NCBI GenBank assembly: GCA_051294375.1
Contig: CM119271.1
Coordinates: 12,639,039-12,703,038, forward strand
Length of the DNA stretch: 64,000 nucleotides
Reading direction: 5' to 3'
From: Paraspadella gotoi
Taxonomy: Eukaryota > Animalia > Chaetognatha
This document shows, piece by piece, positions 24,673 to 37,342 of the stretch. The position numbers and the translations under genes were made by a program. Numbering within the stretch: position 1 is the first letter of the stretch; the number at the start of each line of letters is the position of its first letter. The notes beneath the pieces are model-generated. The model did no database searches, was not told the origin of the DNA, and saw only the letters and a program-made list of their open reading frames with translations.

Positions 24673-26555
24673 TCATCTGGGAGCGCCGCCGCTGGCCTGG
24701 GCGCCGCCTTCTTCGTCGGCGTCGTTGAGCGACATGGATTTGGCGGCGTCGATCATCTCGTCCTCGACGGCGAGCGCGCCATCCAACTCTCCTCCACCGT
24801 GGAGCGGACGCGCTTCTCGTATTCCTTTCGGTTGTCTTGATAGAGTTGGGCCGCTTGGCTGTTCAGAGGGAGGGGGAAGAGGGGAAGGAGGGTAGTGGGG
24901 CTAGGAAGGGGGGAGAGGGAGAAGAAGGCGGGGAGAAGGGAGAAGGAGGGAGATGAGGAGAAAGGGAAGAGGGGAAAGGGGGGAAAAGTGGGAGAGGGGG
25001 GAGAAGGGGGAAGAGTGGGGAGGGGGGACGAAGGGGGAAGAGTGGGAGAGGGGGAAGAAGGGGGGAAGAGTGGGAGAGGGGGGAAGAGTGGGAGAGGGGG
25101 GAAGAGTGGGAGAGGGGGAAGAAGGGGGAAGAGTGGGAGAGGGGGGAAGAAGGGGGAAGAGTGGAGAGGGGGAAGAGTGGGAGAGGGGGGAAGAAGGGGG
25201 GAAGAGTGGGAGAGGGGGGAAGAGTGGGAGAGGTGGGAAGAGTGGAGAGGGGGGAAGAGTGGGAGAGGTGGGAAGAGTGGGAGAGGGGGGAAGAAGGGGG
25301 GAAGAGTGGAAGAGGGAAGGGAAGGGGGAAGAGGAAAAGGGAGAGGGGAATGAATGAAGTGAAATCAAATAAAAACGAAGGAATGAAATGAAATAAAAAA
25401 ATTTTAAAAAAGATTAAAAAAAAAAACAAAAACCGGAGAGCTAATTCAAAATGAGACGAAGACGGAGGAACTATAAAAAAAAAAATATATAAAAATAAAA
25501 ATAAATTAAAATAAAGTTTACAAATGCAAAAAATGGGGGGGGAGAAATGAAATAATGAAAAACGATTTTGAAGATCAATATACCTTTTCACGCCTTAGAC
25601 CGAATCAATGAAAAAACCAAATCACAAAAAAATATTTTCCGCCCTTCGAGGTCGTCTCGCCCTTCCCGTCAGGCTTGCTTCTTTCACCTCCCACCGCCTG
25701 ATACTGATCCTATCCCACCTTTCGAATCCCCCCCACCCTCACCTGTTGGCGGGAGAATTGGGGTTGGGTTCGTCGAGCAGTGATTGAATGGAGGTGAGGA
25801 TCGCGGAGACGTCGTAGGTCGGGCTCCACTTGTTTTGAAGGATGTCGAGACAGATGCTTCCGTCTGGAGAGATAAACCCGAGACGTTTAGTAATAATGAT
25901 AATAATGCTTGTTGAATGTTACTTTTGGATTTCTCGCCTGCGTAAATGTTGGGATGAAACATTTTCGAAACGAATTTGACCAGCGGAGCTTTGTTAGGAT
26001 ATTCCTCTGAAAAAAAATATGAAGGGGATAAGGTAACAACTAATCAATCACAGGAAATCAACGTTTAGTGGATATATCCGAAATTCGACTTCCGTTCATT
26101 GCCATAATTTACTCCTGTAGGACAAACTCTCGTTGTAGTTCGTCGCTCTCAACTTCCTTTTGTAAAAGTGTTCCCTCCTTGATGAATATCTCTGATACAA
26201 ATGACTCGCTACTAAGTTGCATATAAATTTAAGCGACAAATACGTATTAACTTTTGAAATTTACCCGTGAACCCGAGGGTAAGTCTGAAGGTTCCATCTT
26301 CGAACGGAGTATCGTGTGGACCGAAAATCACCGCGTTCCATTGCAACAGGTTTCCATCGGAAGGCGTTCCCGAAATCCCTGGCCAAAGGGGAGTTTAATT
26401 ATTATTATTATTTTTTAATATCTTTACAGCAAGAAAGTTATGAGTCAAAAACATCCCTCGAGCTTCCATCACTTCCCGAAACCCTCACCCGCTGGAGGAT
26501 CCTCTTGCAATTTCTTGAAATCTCGAATGAGCCTCCGCGACGCGGGGGTGGACAT
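24673..26555 (-). CDS. UBE2A: Ubiquitin-conjugating enzyme E2 A/B (Rad6), 5 coding exons
   Basis: [21 protein letters not shown] / [18 protein letters not shown] / MFHPNIYA / [40 protein letters not shown] / [17 protein letters not shown]. As-read stop at 24753; alternative acidic-tail stop at 24673. Confidence 0.95.
24895..25350 (+). repeat. Purine-rich minisatellite (gggggaagagtgggaga-type) in the last UBE2A intron
   Basis: Almost pure G/A tract with ~18-nt units. The overlapping long ORFs are low-complexity artefacts. Confidence 0.9.
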
Positions 26556-27169
26556 CCTCCACTTCGAAGATGATCTGTATCCCCGTGGACGAGCGACTCG
26601 AGGGGCGGCGGCGTCGAGAACGAGGCTGAGGTTGACGGGCTGTTTGGGACGCCGCGAAGCCGCTCGGGCTCGCGGCACTCTCCTTTCTCGTTGAGAGAGA
26701 GAGAGAAAAAAAATAAACAAAAGTCGATGGATGGTTTTTTCTTTGTTTCTTTTTTTTTGGGGGGGGAGGGTGACGAGTTGACCAGTTTGCGTTTCGGTTT
26801 TGTTTTTTTTGTTTTGTTTTCCGAAGACGTGGGTACGATAGTTCTCCCTTTTCGCGATCAAATTGTCTTTTCGTCAAATCATCTTTAAAAATTAAAAAGC
26901 AGTGCAAAAAAAGTAGGGCACCGCGCGTTAATGATAAAAAAAATGAATACTTAAAAAATAGCAAAACAACCTATATTAAATTAGAAGCAAAGACTAGTAA
27001 AAGCGTATCGTATCACGCAATTTTTTTGAATAAAAAACTAAAATAAAAATTAGATAAAGTTTCACAGCCGTTGAGTACAAAATATATTGCCCTAGGATTA
27101 AATTTTTGAAATCACGCGATTCATTTAGACAAAAAGGAAAATAAAGATCAGATAATAAAAAGGAACTTC

Positions 27170-28614
27170 TCAACCATTGAGCAAGAAGTACTTTGCCCTC
27201 TGATTAAATTCTTTGGCGAATCGAAGGTGCAGAACTGCAGATTGTGTTTTCCCTGAGTCACGTTAATCAACTTGGAGTCTTTGATGTTGTCGCGAAGGAA
27301 AAGCGGATGTTGTGGGTCGATCATGTCATCCTTTGCCCCATGGATGATAAGGGTCGGGCAGGCAATATCTTTGAGTAAATCCTAGGGCAACGATAGTTTA
27401 AAAAAAAAAAATAGCAAAAAGGAATAATAAAGATAAAGACAATATTGTTTTTTCTTTTTGTAATCTATTTGTCACTGCACTGGTACGCATTACAGCAAGA
27501 ACAATCCACATTGCAATAACAATGGCTTAATGCTAACCTTGCAAATATCGCCGTTTTTATGCTGAAAAATTGTGTAAGAGTAATTCATCATTCTGTCCCA
27601 ACATTGTCTTAGGTAGGCATCGCCGTATAAGTCAAGCATCGGCCGACGCATATTTTCTGACCATTGGTCGATATCCCTTAATTTCAAAATTAATAAAATA
27701 ATACAAGTTAACCGAATTATCACAATAAATAGTATTATATATTTTGACTTTCAACCCTTTAAAAGAGCTGGATCTCCCTGTACCATTATATTATGATTAT
27801 TATAATTTCAACCGGCAAAGTACAATAGAAAATAATTTATGTATGATTAATTTTAAATAAATTTACTTTGTAACTTACTTTGACTTTAATAAAAATATAT
27901 TCATCTAAAAATTATAAATACAATGATTATTAATATAAATGATACACTAGCTCATGATTAAAATTTTATATGTAAGTTGATGGTTGTACTAGTTTCATAT
28001 ACACTTACGTGCATAATTTGATCTCTTACAAACCTAATAGACTCAGTAATTTCCATATCTAAATCAGACATGAAGGAGTTCGATCCCCATACAACTAGTT
28101 TCCGAGTTAATTCAGGATACTTGGCTGCAAGGATAAGGGCAGTAATACCGCCATTGCTCCAGCCCCACATTTAAAAGGGTATCAAGTTAAGGGATTTCAT
28201 GAGCGCCACTGCATCGTCAGCATCGCGGACAAATGCATCATTGGGAAAAGTGCGGTCAGGTGGATGGGATTGTCCGTAACCCTTTGAAACATCAGATGAG
28301 AATCAGAATTGCTCGACGCGGAATGACTTTCTACTTGGGTCTCTCACCCTCGGATCCCAGGCAACTAAGTTAAGATGAGGATCATCCTTTAGAAGTTCTA
28401 GTTGAGGGGCAAAGTTGGTCCTTGCTGAACCCAAAACGCCAGGCAAGAGAAGAACCGGATGGTCGCCTTGACCGCTTTTTTCATAGTGAATCTGAACTGC
28501 AATGTGGCCCGGTCGCGCTGGTATAGTAGTTGTTAACATTTGAACACATTTTGGACCAGGCCAAAATATGGGAAACAGTTTAAATGCTAAAAAGCTTTTC
28601 AGAATAGAATTCAT
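27170..28614 (-). pseudogene. BPHL: BPHL/valacyclovir hydrolase-like tandem duplicate, disabled
   Basis: Same exon structure as 29007-30985, but with an in-frame TAA (SLNLIPF*MWGWSNGG) and an 8-nt insertion in the last exon (cacaatctgcagttctgcacctt). Confidence 0.75.
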
Positions 28615-29006
28615 TCTTATTGAGAAAAACCAATTTAATTGGTACTATGTTGTATATGCTTAAAGCAAAGATTAAATATCAAATAATAATCCATTTACAA
28701 AACATATCGTTATTGACATCTACTCTGACTGCTATAATTTAAATTATAGCCTAGTCGAGCTAGGAGTTTTGGAAGACAATAGCTGGAGTTCAGAGGAAAG
28801 TTTTTTCCCTTTTTTTCATTCAACTCATCTTGTTTTAATCAAATAATATCTGCCAAAAAAAAATATTATAAAAATGACATGAGTTACATCATAGATCAAT
28901 AATAAAAATATAAGATGCACAAAATAAAACCCAATAATTAAATAGAAAATATATCACACAATATCTTTAGAACAAAAATGTATAACAAATAAAGAACTAG
29001 AGTTTT

Positions 29007-30985
29007 TTAGCCATTGAGCAAGAAGTACTTTGCCCTGCGATTAAATTCTTGGGCGTATCGAAGGTGCAGATTGTGTTTCCCTTGAGTCACATTGATCAAC
29101 TTGGATCCTTTGATGTTGTCACGAAGGAAGATCGGATGTTGAGGGTCGAGCATCGCGTCCTTTTCTCCGTGGACGATTAGGGTCGGACAAGCGATGTCCT
29201 TAAGCAAATCCTGGGTGAAAAGAGCCAAGTTAAATTAAATAATAAACAAAATCTAAAATGATTGTGCATAATCTTGAATTTATCATCCTGGTCAGAAGGA
29301 CGCCTTGCAACAATAGGTCAATACGCGACAGTAGCTGTCCAACTTGCAACAGAAACTTCTAATGTCAGGAACAAACTTGTGGAATCTCGATTGGATATTT
29401 GTGGATTTAATTTATTCATTGATTATTCATTGTTTCACCATTGATAATTATTTAATTGATTCGTTACTCTTTTCTCTCCTCAGTTATCATGAGTTTGTGG
29501 CAGCAAGACTTAAAGCTGCCTCACTGCTGTCCGTCCTCAGCCTCGTCTCAATGGCTGAGCAGGCTAAATCATCTCATTCCATCCGTGCGTCCCGGGTTCA
29601 ATCCCTGGGTATCCCGGTTCTGGCTTAAATGTGACGGTGTGTATAAACATGCCAGTGACAGGAGGCGGTCACTGAGGGTCCGCAGCCCCTACGCCAGTTA
29701 GTGAGATACCCCGCGCCCCGGGTATTACAGGCTATCCTCCCATTGCCATAAGTTAACGATTAATATTTTATAGCAGAGGTGTTGGGTACTTCTTCGTGTT
29801 TTCTTAGTGACCCCTTTGTGCTCACTAAGCTGTGGCTACTGATCTGGCAATGGTTCTAAATACAATAACAACAGTTAACGTAGAAAAAATTTTATTTCTA
29901 AGGCTTATTCCTTGAAAAAATCCATTCTTCAGGGCTTGATTACCATTTTTACGACATGAAAACAATTTTAAATATTGTTTACTGTTATCACTTTATTATC
30001 TTATTATCTTGTTGTATTCGAATAAAAACGCTTAAATAGTTAAGAGCAATGACTAAACTTGCAACAACAACAACAACCACTCACCTTGCAAAGATCCCCG
30101 TCTTTCCGCTCATGAATCGAATGATAGAAATCCACCCAATCGTTCCAATTTTTACGGAAGTAGGCCTCACCGTACAAATCGACCATCGGCTGACGCATCC
30201 TCTCCGACCATTTGTCAATGTCCCTAAAATAAAAAGGCGACATATAGGCCAGGATATTTATTGTATGAAAGGATAACACCAAATTCGCTAGCAAAATTTT
30301 ACCGCGCGCGTCGCAACTACAACAATCAACATCCCATGGCCCCACCTAACGGCCGCGGCGATCTTCAAGTCCAAATCGGATATGAAAGAGTTTGATCCCC
30401 AAACGACGAGTTTTCGCGTCAACTCGGGATGCTTGGCCGCGAGGATGAGGGCGGTGATCCCGCCGTCGCTCCAGCCCATCAGGGAGAAGGGCGTCAAACC
30501 GAGAGACTTCATGAGCGCGGCGGCGTCGTCGGCGTCGCGATGGAACACGTCGTCGGAAAAAGTGCGGTTTGGCGGACGGGAGAGGCCGTAGCCCTTTTTG
30601 GCGGGAAAAATTGTTGACGAGCGGAATCAGTTGGAGATTAGGAGGAGCGAATGTTCTCCTTCCGTCTACTGCGTCTACAATCTACTTTTCTATTTTCTCT
30701 CACCCTAGGATCCCAGGCCACTAACCCAAGATGAGGATCGTCTTTAAAAAGATCCAGTTGAGGACCAAAATCTGTCCTGGTCGATCCCAGAGCGCCGGGC
30801 AAGAGAAGGACCGGATGATCGCCCCGCCCGCTCGTCTCGTAATGGATCCGGACGGAATCGTGGCCCGGCCGCGCGGGCAGAGTAGTGGTCAAAGTTCTCG
30901 CGGAGCCGGCCGGAACGACGCCGGCCCGAGCGACGCCGGCAACGGGCGGGAGTTTAGAGAAAAATCCACTCAAAATGGCGGACAT
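29007..30985 (-). CDS. BPHL: Valacyclovir hydrolase / BPHL alpha-beta hydrolase
   Basis: VLLLPGALGSTRTDFGPQL, VAWDPR-GYG-SRPP, nucleophile motif GWSDGG, CPTLIVHGEKD, GKHNLHLRYA. Spliced. Confidence 0.93.
29552..29605 (+). promoter_or_regulatory. tRNA-type (type 2) Pol III internal promoter in the LTR
   Basis: A box TGGCTGAGCAGG at 29552-29563; B box GGTTCAATCCC at 29595-29605 within a T-arm-like stem (cccggg/cctggg). Confidence 0.7.
29620..29697 (+). ncRNA. Twister ribozyme, type P5 (family A)
   Basis: P5 ctggc/gccag; P2 acat/atgt; GA; T1 CCG/CGG; T^AA cut at 29644^29645; T2 GC/GC; P3 cagtgac/gtcactg; P4 aggg/ccct; L4 TCCG-CA-GC. Confidence 0.78.
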
Positions 30986-31740
30986 TTTTAAATCTAGAAA
31001 AATAGAGGACGATTGAAAAAAAACCAAATAATTGAATCTGAGAAAATCCAAATTTAGCTAGAAATTCAAATCCAATACTTAAAAATAGTAGCCGAAAAAA
31101 CCTCTCCTCTATACGGAGAAGTAAAAATCGACGTTTTTTTAAAAAACAGTTTCTGTAAAATTGCTTACATAAAAACGGCAAATTCTAGCTGCGAAATAAG
31201 TGTGACCGGCATGCGATAAAATTCTGTCACCCATAGTAGTGCGTGAAATTTTTAGGAAATAATACAAGAATAGCACCTCCCTTCCCTGCAAAAAATAAAG
31301 CAAAACTCTGTAACAGCAAAATTAAAACAAATCATCTTGATTAGTATAAAATTTATCATTCGCTAAGATATAGACAACGTTTGAAAGATTAAAAAAGAAC
31401 AAGAACAGTAACTAAACTGGGCCGAAAACAGTATCGGCCTTGACATCGAAAGAATACAGAGATAAATACGGAAAAAAAAAAACCATTTGTATTCAAATTT
31501 GAAAGATCTACGGAATTTCTCTTTCTGTTAAAGAAGGGATTGAAGGCATCAGACGGCTCGAGGGTTACAGAGTGATCTTGTGGAGCAACTAAATACAAAA
31601 ATGGACGTAGTTTCCGTCGGTACCGGGCTTCAGGTACCGACGAATACAAAAAAAATCCGTCTCAAGAGAACGAGAGAGAGTCAGAGACGAGCGCCGGTGC
31701 AGATTCTCTCCGTCTCTGTTTTCTCATTTCGACACTCCTA

Positions 31741-33217
31741 TCAAACGGCCCTGTAGTGGGGGCTGCGGTTCACGGAGACAGCGTTGAAGAGTGCGCAGGC
31801 CATGATCATCCCGATGAGTTCGACCAGGGCGATTCCGAGGACGACACCCCCCGCGATCCAAAACTGGAAAAATATTAAATGTTTAAATGGCAAAACGGGA
31901 AAAAATATTAAATGTTTAAATGGCAAAACTGGAAAAAATATTAAATGTTTAAATGGCAAAACGGGAAAAATCATTGATAATTTGAAAGTTAAACCCTCCC
32001 ACCTTTGCTTGAATGTTGGACACCAGCTTGTCGAAGCAGTCCTCGGTAGAAAAGATGGAACATCTGCAAATAGAAGAATGGAGTTTAATACAGGGTCTTT
32101 GATTTAAAATGCTACAAAAGAAATGTGACCGTACTTGTAATTCGAGATGCGACTTATAAAATCTGATTTGATTCCGCAGCAATGATTGGCTCTCTCAAAG
32201 TCTTGACGCTGTTCATCGGTCAAAAGTTGCCAGACGTACTTGACGGACTCGACGAAAGCCTGGAGTTAAACACGATGATGAGTCGACGCTTTTCCGAGAA
32301 ATGCTCGGGAATGTTTTTTCAACACTCACGTCTCTTATGTCTTCGGAGACGGGATCGTCCGAGTCGCCAGTGGCCGCGATAAACATGAGAAAACCGCCGA
32401 GGAAAAGAGTGACGAGGAAGCAGAGCAGGAGGAGGACGAAGAAGACGCCGAGACAGCATCTGGCGGGGAAAGAAATGGGTTAATAAAAAAAAAAAGGGCT
32501 CCCGAGACAATGAAACGAATCATTACTTATTAATTAATTTATGGACTGACTTGGACTGCTGGATGGCGCCGAAGCAGCCGAAGAAACCGATGACGGTGAC
32601 GATGCCGCCCAAAACCATGACGAAGATCGACATGTACTTGATGTAAACTAGAAGGAAGAAAAAATAAATAAGTACAATTAAGTACATATGAGGTTAAGTA
32701 CCGTTCGGAAAAAAATTCAATTATTAAACAATTACCCGACATGTCCTCGGCAGAATCCGCGAAACTTCCATCGCCACTTACAGCGACGACCTAAATTATT
32801 TAATATATATATATATATAATATAAACATGAGATACAAAAGTATTTTTAAAAAAATCGTGGTCCAACGTTGACGCGATGATATGAACTGTTATAGGACCT
32901 CCCTTTATCTAATAATGTTTTTTCCACCCACAAATTATCTGAATATCAGTTGTCACCATTTTTACCCTTTCACAAATCTTCTCCAATCATTTCCGTTTTA
33001 AAAAAAACAAACACGAACTAGATTTTCTGGAACAAAAAAGTATCCGTTCCCAGTTCACAATTCACGGTTCACCGATCACCATCGAGAGCTTCACCTTCTG
33101 GACGAACTCGGGATCGAGGTGCGCCCAAACGCCCAAGGCGAGAAGGACGATTCCGATGACGCAGAAGACGAAATTAAAGAAGAAGAGAAGATATTTGGTC
33201 GACGTGTTTCCGCACAT
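31741..33217 (-). CDS. Tetraspanin (4-Cys LEL, CD9/CD81-like architecture), 7 exons
   Basis: MCGNTSTKYLLFFFNFVFCVIGIVLLALGVW; VIGFFGCFGAIQQSKCCL; LEL NHCCG...C.....DC; TM4 GIALVELIGMIMACAL. Confidence 0.9.
31862..31970. repeat. ~33-bp tandem repeat (x3) at a tetraspanin 3' splice site
   Basis: aaaacKggaaaaaatattaaatgtttaaatggc repeated. Confidence 0.8.
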
Positions 33218-33424
33218 CTTTCTTTTTTTGTTAGTCCTCTCTTTTTTTTAAAAAGAGTTTTGTTTTGTTTTATTGTTGTTTTCTTAGGTTTTCTTTGGAT
33301 TTAAAAATTCCGCGCTGAACGGAAAAATATCGAAGAAAGTAAAAACCCCAAAAAAAAAAAAAAACGGAAATGAGTGGACAACGATAAAAAAAATTAATAC
33401 TAGATCCCGCATTAAAAAAAAATA

Positions 33425-34060
33425 TCAAGCCTCGTTTCGACCCGCAGATTCCTCCTCTTTTTCTAGTTTCATCCGATGCCGCAACATTTGATAAGAGTAT
33501 CTGCCGCAAATGGCCAAACTGGCGACGCTCAGCAACTTGGGAGAGACGAAGGAATAATTGTTTTTCAAGTACTTGAATCTGCGAGAAAAAAAAAAGTTCA
33601 AATAATAAATAATGAAATATAATCGTGGAATATTAATTTAGAAATATCCCGAGTTTTTAACAAAAAAAACTTACCCTCCGTAGTATAAAGTTGTTAAGGC
33701 GGAAGCGAAGATCGCCATGTGAGAATTCGATTTCGATTGTGAATAGAAATGAGCGCCAATGGCGATCACAAACGCTGCCGCGTGAAAAAGCGTGAGGGGA
33801 ATAGGAATAAGAATATTATTGAAAAAAAAATAATAATAATAATTAACTATATTATCGTTACCGGGATATACTCCGCTTTCCAAGAGCAGCCCGCCCTTGA
33901 GCGAGGTGGCGATTCCGTTGAGGCCGAACAGCCCGGCGAGGCCGTATCCCGCCAAGTCTTGATCCCAAAGACGGAATTCGGTATCCGCGTCCGGCGGGGA
34001 GGTCGCGTCCGGCGAGATCGCTTCCGCATTAGAAAGTTTCGCGTCCTTTGCCGACGACAT
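33425..34060 (-). CDS. TMEM14-family small membrane protein, 3 exons
   Basis: DLAGYGLAGLFGLNGIATSLKGGLLLESG..AFVIAIGAHF..ALTTLYYGGFKY..SLAICGRY follows the TMEM14 pattern. Confidence 0.6.
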
Positions 34061-34747
34061 TGTACGGAGCCGGTTCAAGATAACATCGAAATTCCAACCC
34101 CTAATATTTCTTTTATCCCTTTTTTTTTAATTAACGAAAACAACAATAAGTAGTAGCAGCTTTAATATTTTTTAAGGTTTTTTGAATTTTCGGCCGGAGA
34201 GATATTTTGTCTCTTCCCTCTTCCCTCCTTTACTCTTTCCTCAGTCCGTTCTTTCCATCTGGTCTCGCGATGCCACGGTTGTTGTTGTTGTTGTTGTTGT
34301 CGTCGTTCTCCTTTTTCCTTCGTTCGCGGACTCATCCCCTCCTCCTCATTCACCCTCCTCCTCTCCTCCACCCTCCTCCTCTGTCTCTTCCTCTCGGCCT
34401 TTTGTTTTTCCTCGATTCTTTTCTCCATTTCCAAGATGGCGGCGGATTTGGCGCCGACTCGAGATTCGAGTTTCTTCGTAGGGAGGAAGATGGCGCGACG
34501 GTTGACGAAAACGCGTTCTGAAGAATCGAGGGGGGGGGAAAGGTTAACAACAACGCTAATAAAAATTATCATAAAAGTAATTAAATAAATTAAATTAATA
34601 AATGTTTAACCTTTCGGATAAGGAAGATCTTTCATGTAGTCGAACTCGGGTCTCCAAGTTAACGTTCGATTTTGAAAATTTCTAAGAAAAAAACCAACGA
34701 ATGAGAGTACACACGTCTGGTGTGTTTTTATTTTCATTCGTTGCGTT

Positions 34748-36309
34748 TCAGCTGTCCTCATCTCTAATATCTGTCCTCTCATAAATTCTTTGTAAAAAAA
34801 AACAAATTCGCTTTAGAGCCGAAACGTGACCCGTATATTTCACGTTCAAATAAATCGTTGTTTGTAAACAAAAAGTACAAATACGAAAACAAATCAATAT
34901 ATTCTCTTTAGGTTGAAAACAATTATAACAGAAGTGACAACTCCCACACATCCGATAATCTCACCTAAAAGAGAAGGGCCAATTGCCGTGGGTGTCCCTG
35001 GCGTCCATGAGCGCGTTGAAGACATGATTGAGCGGCATCGCGCGTCGCCCGTTGATTTTGAAGACGGAGTTGATGTCGAAGAAAGCGTGATTCACGCCCA
35101 AAGCCTTCAAGCGGTCCAGCTCGGACGAACTGCGACTGTAAATGTTTGGTCACGTGAAATGAGCGTTTCCTTTCGAATTTGGCGTATTGCCGTATTGCGA
35201 AAAACTAAACTAATATTCCCGATGTAAGATTTAAGGTTCAATTATTAACCGCTATCTAAATCTCACTTCTTACAAGCTCGTTTATTATTTACGTAATTAT
35301 TAATGGCGTATTATATATATGAAGCGAATTAATTTGTGGATTATTACAAATGGATTATTGCAAATTATTGCAAATACTATACCAAACAAAGGGACTCACA
35401 AAGAAATCATTCCCGGCAAAACGTAAACAGCGTCGTGACTATAAGAGGTCAAGGGATTCTTGGATTCGCTCGTCACGTAAACGATTTTCTCTTTGGGCCA
35501 CAAATCGAGAAAAGACTTTTCCGTCGTTCGCCACATGAAATTGCGAGTCAGGGGGTGATTGAGGAGGCCTGGGGAGGGGGGGAAGATTGGGGAGGGAGAG
35601 ACAAAAGAAGAGAAGGAAAACGAGAGAGAGAGAGAGAGAGAGAGAGATGGGAGAGATAGAGAAACAGAAAGAATAAGAAATAAAATTGGTACAACCATTT
35701 TAAAAATTATTCAATATCAATCCATTTAATAAATAAGCTATCTTGCCCCTGACAAGCTTGCAATCAAGACTATCTCACAGTCTCGTTTATTCACTCCAGT
35801 GTACCTGGCTTCCATATCAATAAAAGTGGTATAATATTTCAAAGAAAGTTTGAAAACCCCGACTATAAAGAAGACCAGGAGAAAATGAATCCATCCCGGC
35901 CGATTCCCTCCCCTTAAACCGCATCCCACCCCCCAGACTCCCCCCCTCCACCTTTCTCCTCCTCGGCCGTTTCCTTTCCAATGTTACAAAGATGGATGTC
36001 GTACGGCTCCCAGTGGCCGCGGTTAGAACTGTAAACGTCCATCATTTGCTTTAAAAAGTCAGACTTTTCCGAATCGATCATCTGTTAAAGAGGACGAGAA
36101 CATTTTGATAGAATAACATCGCGTACGGGCGCGTGCGCATTTCCACGGTCCGAACCCACCTCGTACGGACCTTTGTGCGGACGCCCATGTCGAAGACGAG
36201 GGGTTGACCGAAGTTGAGGGAGTAATTAAATCGAGTGAGATGAATCGAGTTGGCGCGGTTGGAGTTAACGGGTTTTGCGATTGCCTCGAATGAGAATTGT
36301 AAACTTTAT

Positions 36310-36359
<50 letters not shown>

Positions 36360-37135
36360 GGCGTCGGTTCATAGTTGGAACCGTCCCTGATCTGGGTGTC
36401 AATTTCGTATGTCTCTTGCTTCTTCTTTTTTTCCCGATGATTTTCTTTTAACAAATAAAACCTGAAATAATAAATTGACGAAAATGTGCAAGAGATAGAT
36501 TCTTAGAATATTTCTAAATGAAATTGAATTCATACATCTCATTTGCATATAGTAGTAAATTATTTTAAGTTCTTTAGCTTCATGTTCTGTTTTAATATTA
36601 GGGATATTTTTCGGGTTTATAATGCCTTACAATATTGTTCAGTAGTTTTATTCATAGATAATCTTTTTGATATTTTGATAGAATAATTATGACATTGATA
36701 AGTTAGATTTTACCACTAATATCGGCCCGCTTCGATGGATACGACTCATTTGAGATCAAACTTAATTCAATCGCGCACCTATAAAGACGAAGCCTGTCCT
36801 CGAAAGATGACACTTTGGACAATGCTTCAATCGCTTCTTTCGACAGATTCCGCGGAACGTCTTGTCCGGAGTATCTCAAAAACTCGTGCTCGATCTTTAA
36901 GGCTTCGATGTCACCGCCGTCGATTTCAGGTCTAAAATAAAAGCGACGAATCTTTCGTCTCCCATGACACGACAACGCCCTCAACGGATCAATCATTAAC
37001 TACTACCTGCGACCGGATTGTTGAGACAACATGGACTGGAGCTCGGAAAGTGACTCGGCTTTCGACGAGACGAATCGAGGCGAAACTCGACGAGCCACTT
37101 GAGACGATCTTCGAACAGGCCGACACATTACGCAT
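34748..37135 (-). CDS. TRMT10C: Mitochondrial tRNA methyltransferase / RNase P subunit MRPP1 (TRMT10C-like), paralog 1
   Basis: Arg/Ser-rich N-terminus resembling a mitochondrial presequence; LNFGQPLVFDM; YSSNRGHWEPYDIHLCN; TEKSFLDLWPKEKIVYVTSES...HDAVYVL; PLNHVFNALMDARDTHGNW (one frameshift, likely an error). Confidence 0.8.
35683..35840. mobile_element. Family D MITE fragment in an intron
   Basis: TIR aaattggtacaacc...gctatcttgcccctga plus internal sequence matching the reverse complement of 43790-43870. Confidence 0.7.
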
Positions 37136-37342
37136 CCTCGCGTCAGTTTAGAAAATAGCATAACTTGACAAAGAATATAAAAAAACCAACGAACTTAGCC
37201 CCAAAAAATAAACTCAATAACTGAATATTGGTTTTTAAAACGAAAAAATAAAACAAATGTTTCGTCGAATATATCGAGGCTTCCCGCTCTTTGTGAGCGA
37301 AGGCGTCTGACAGCAGCGCGCCGACGCAGCGTCGCCAGCGTC

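Larger units (their letters stand above)
29496..29750 (+). mobile_element. Family A solo LTR (255 bp) with 4-bp TSD AGTT, in a BPHL intron
   Basis: agtt|TGTGGC...GCCATA|agtt. Homologous to the LTRs of 9838-10462. Confidence 0.9.

Noticed and set aside
24863-25591. Long Pro/Ser- or Gly/Arg-rich ORFs (also 6020-6370, 6976-7600, 19707-20363)
   Set aside because: Stop-free by composition in microsatellite or purine tracts; intronic or intergenic.
29545-29615. tRNA gene
   Set aside because: Only A/B boxes and a T-arm; no convincing acceptor or anticodon stems, and it is embedded in a repeat.
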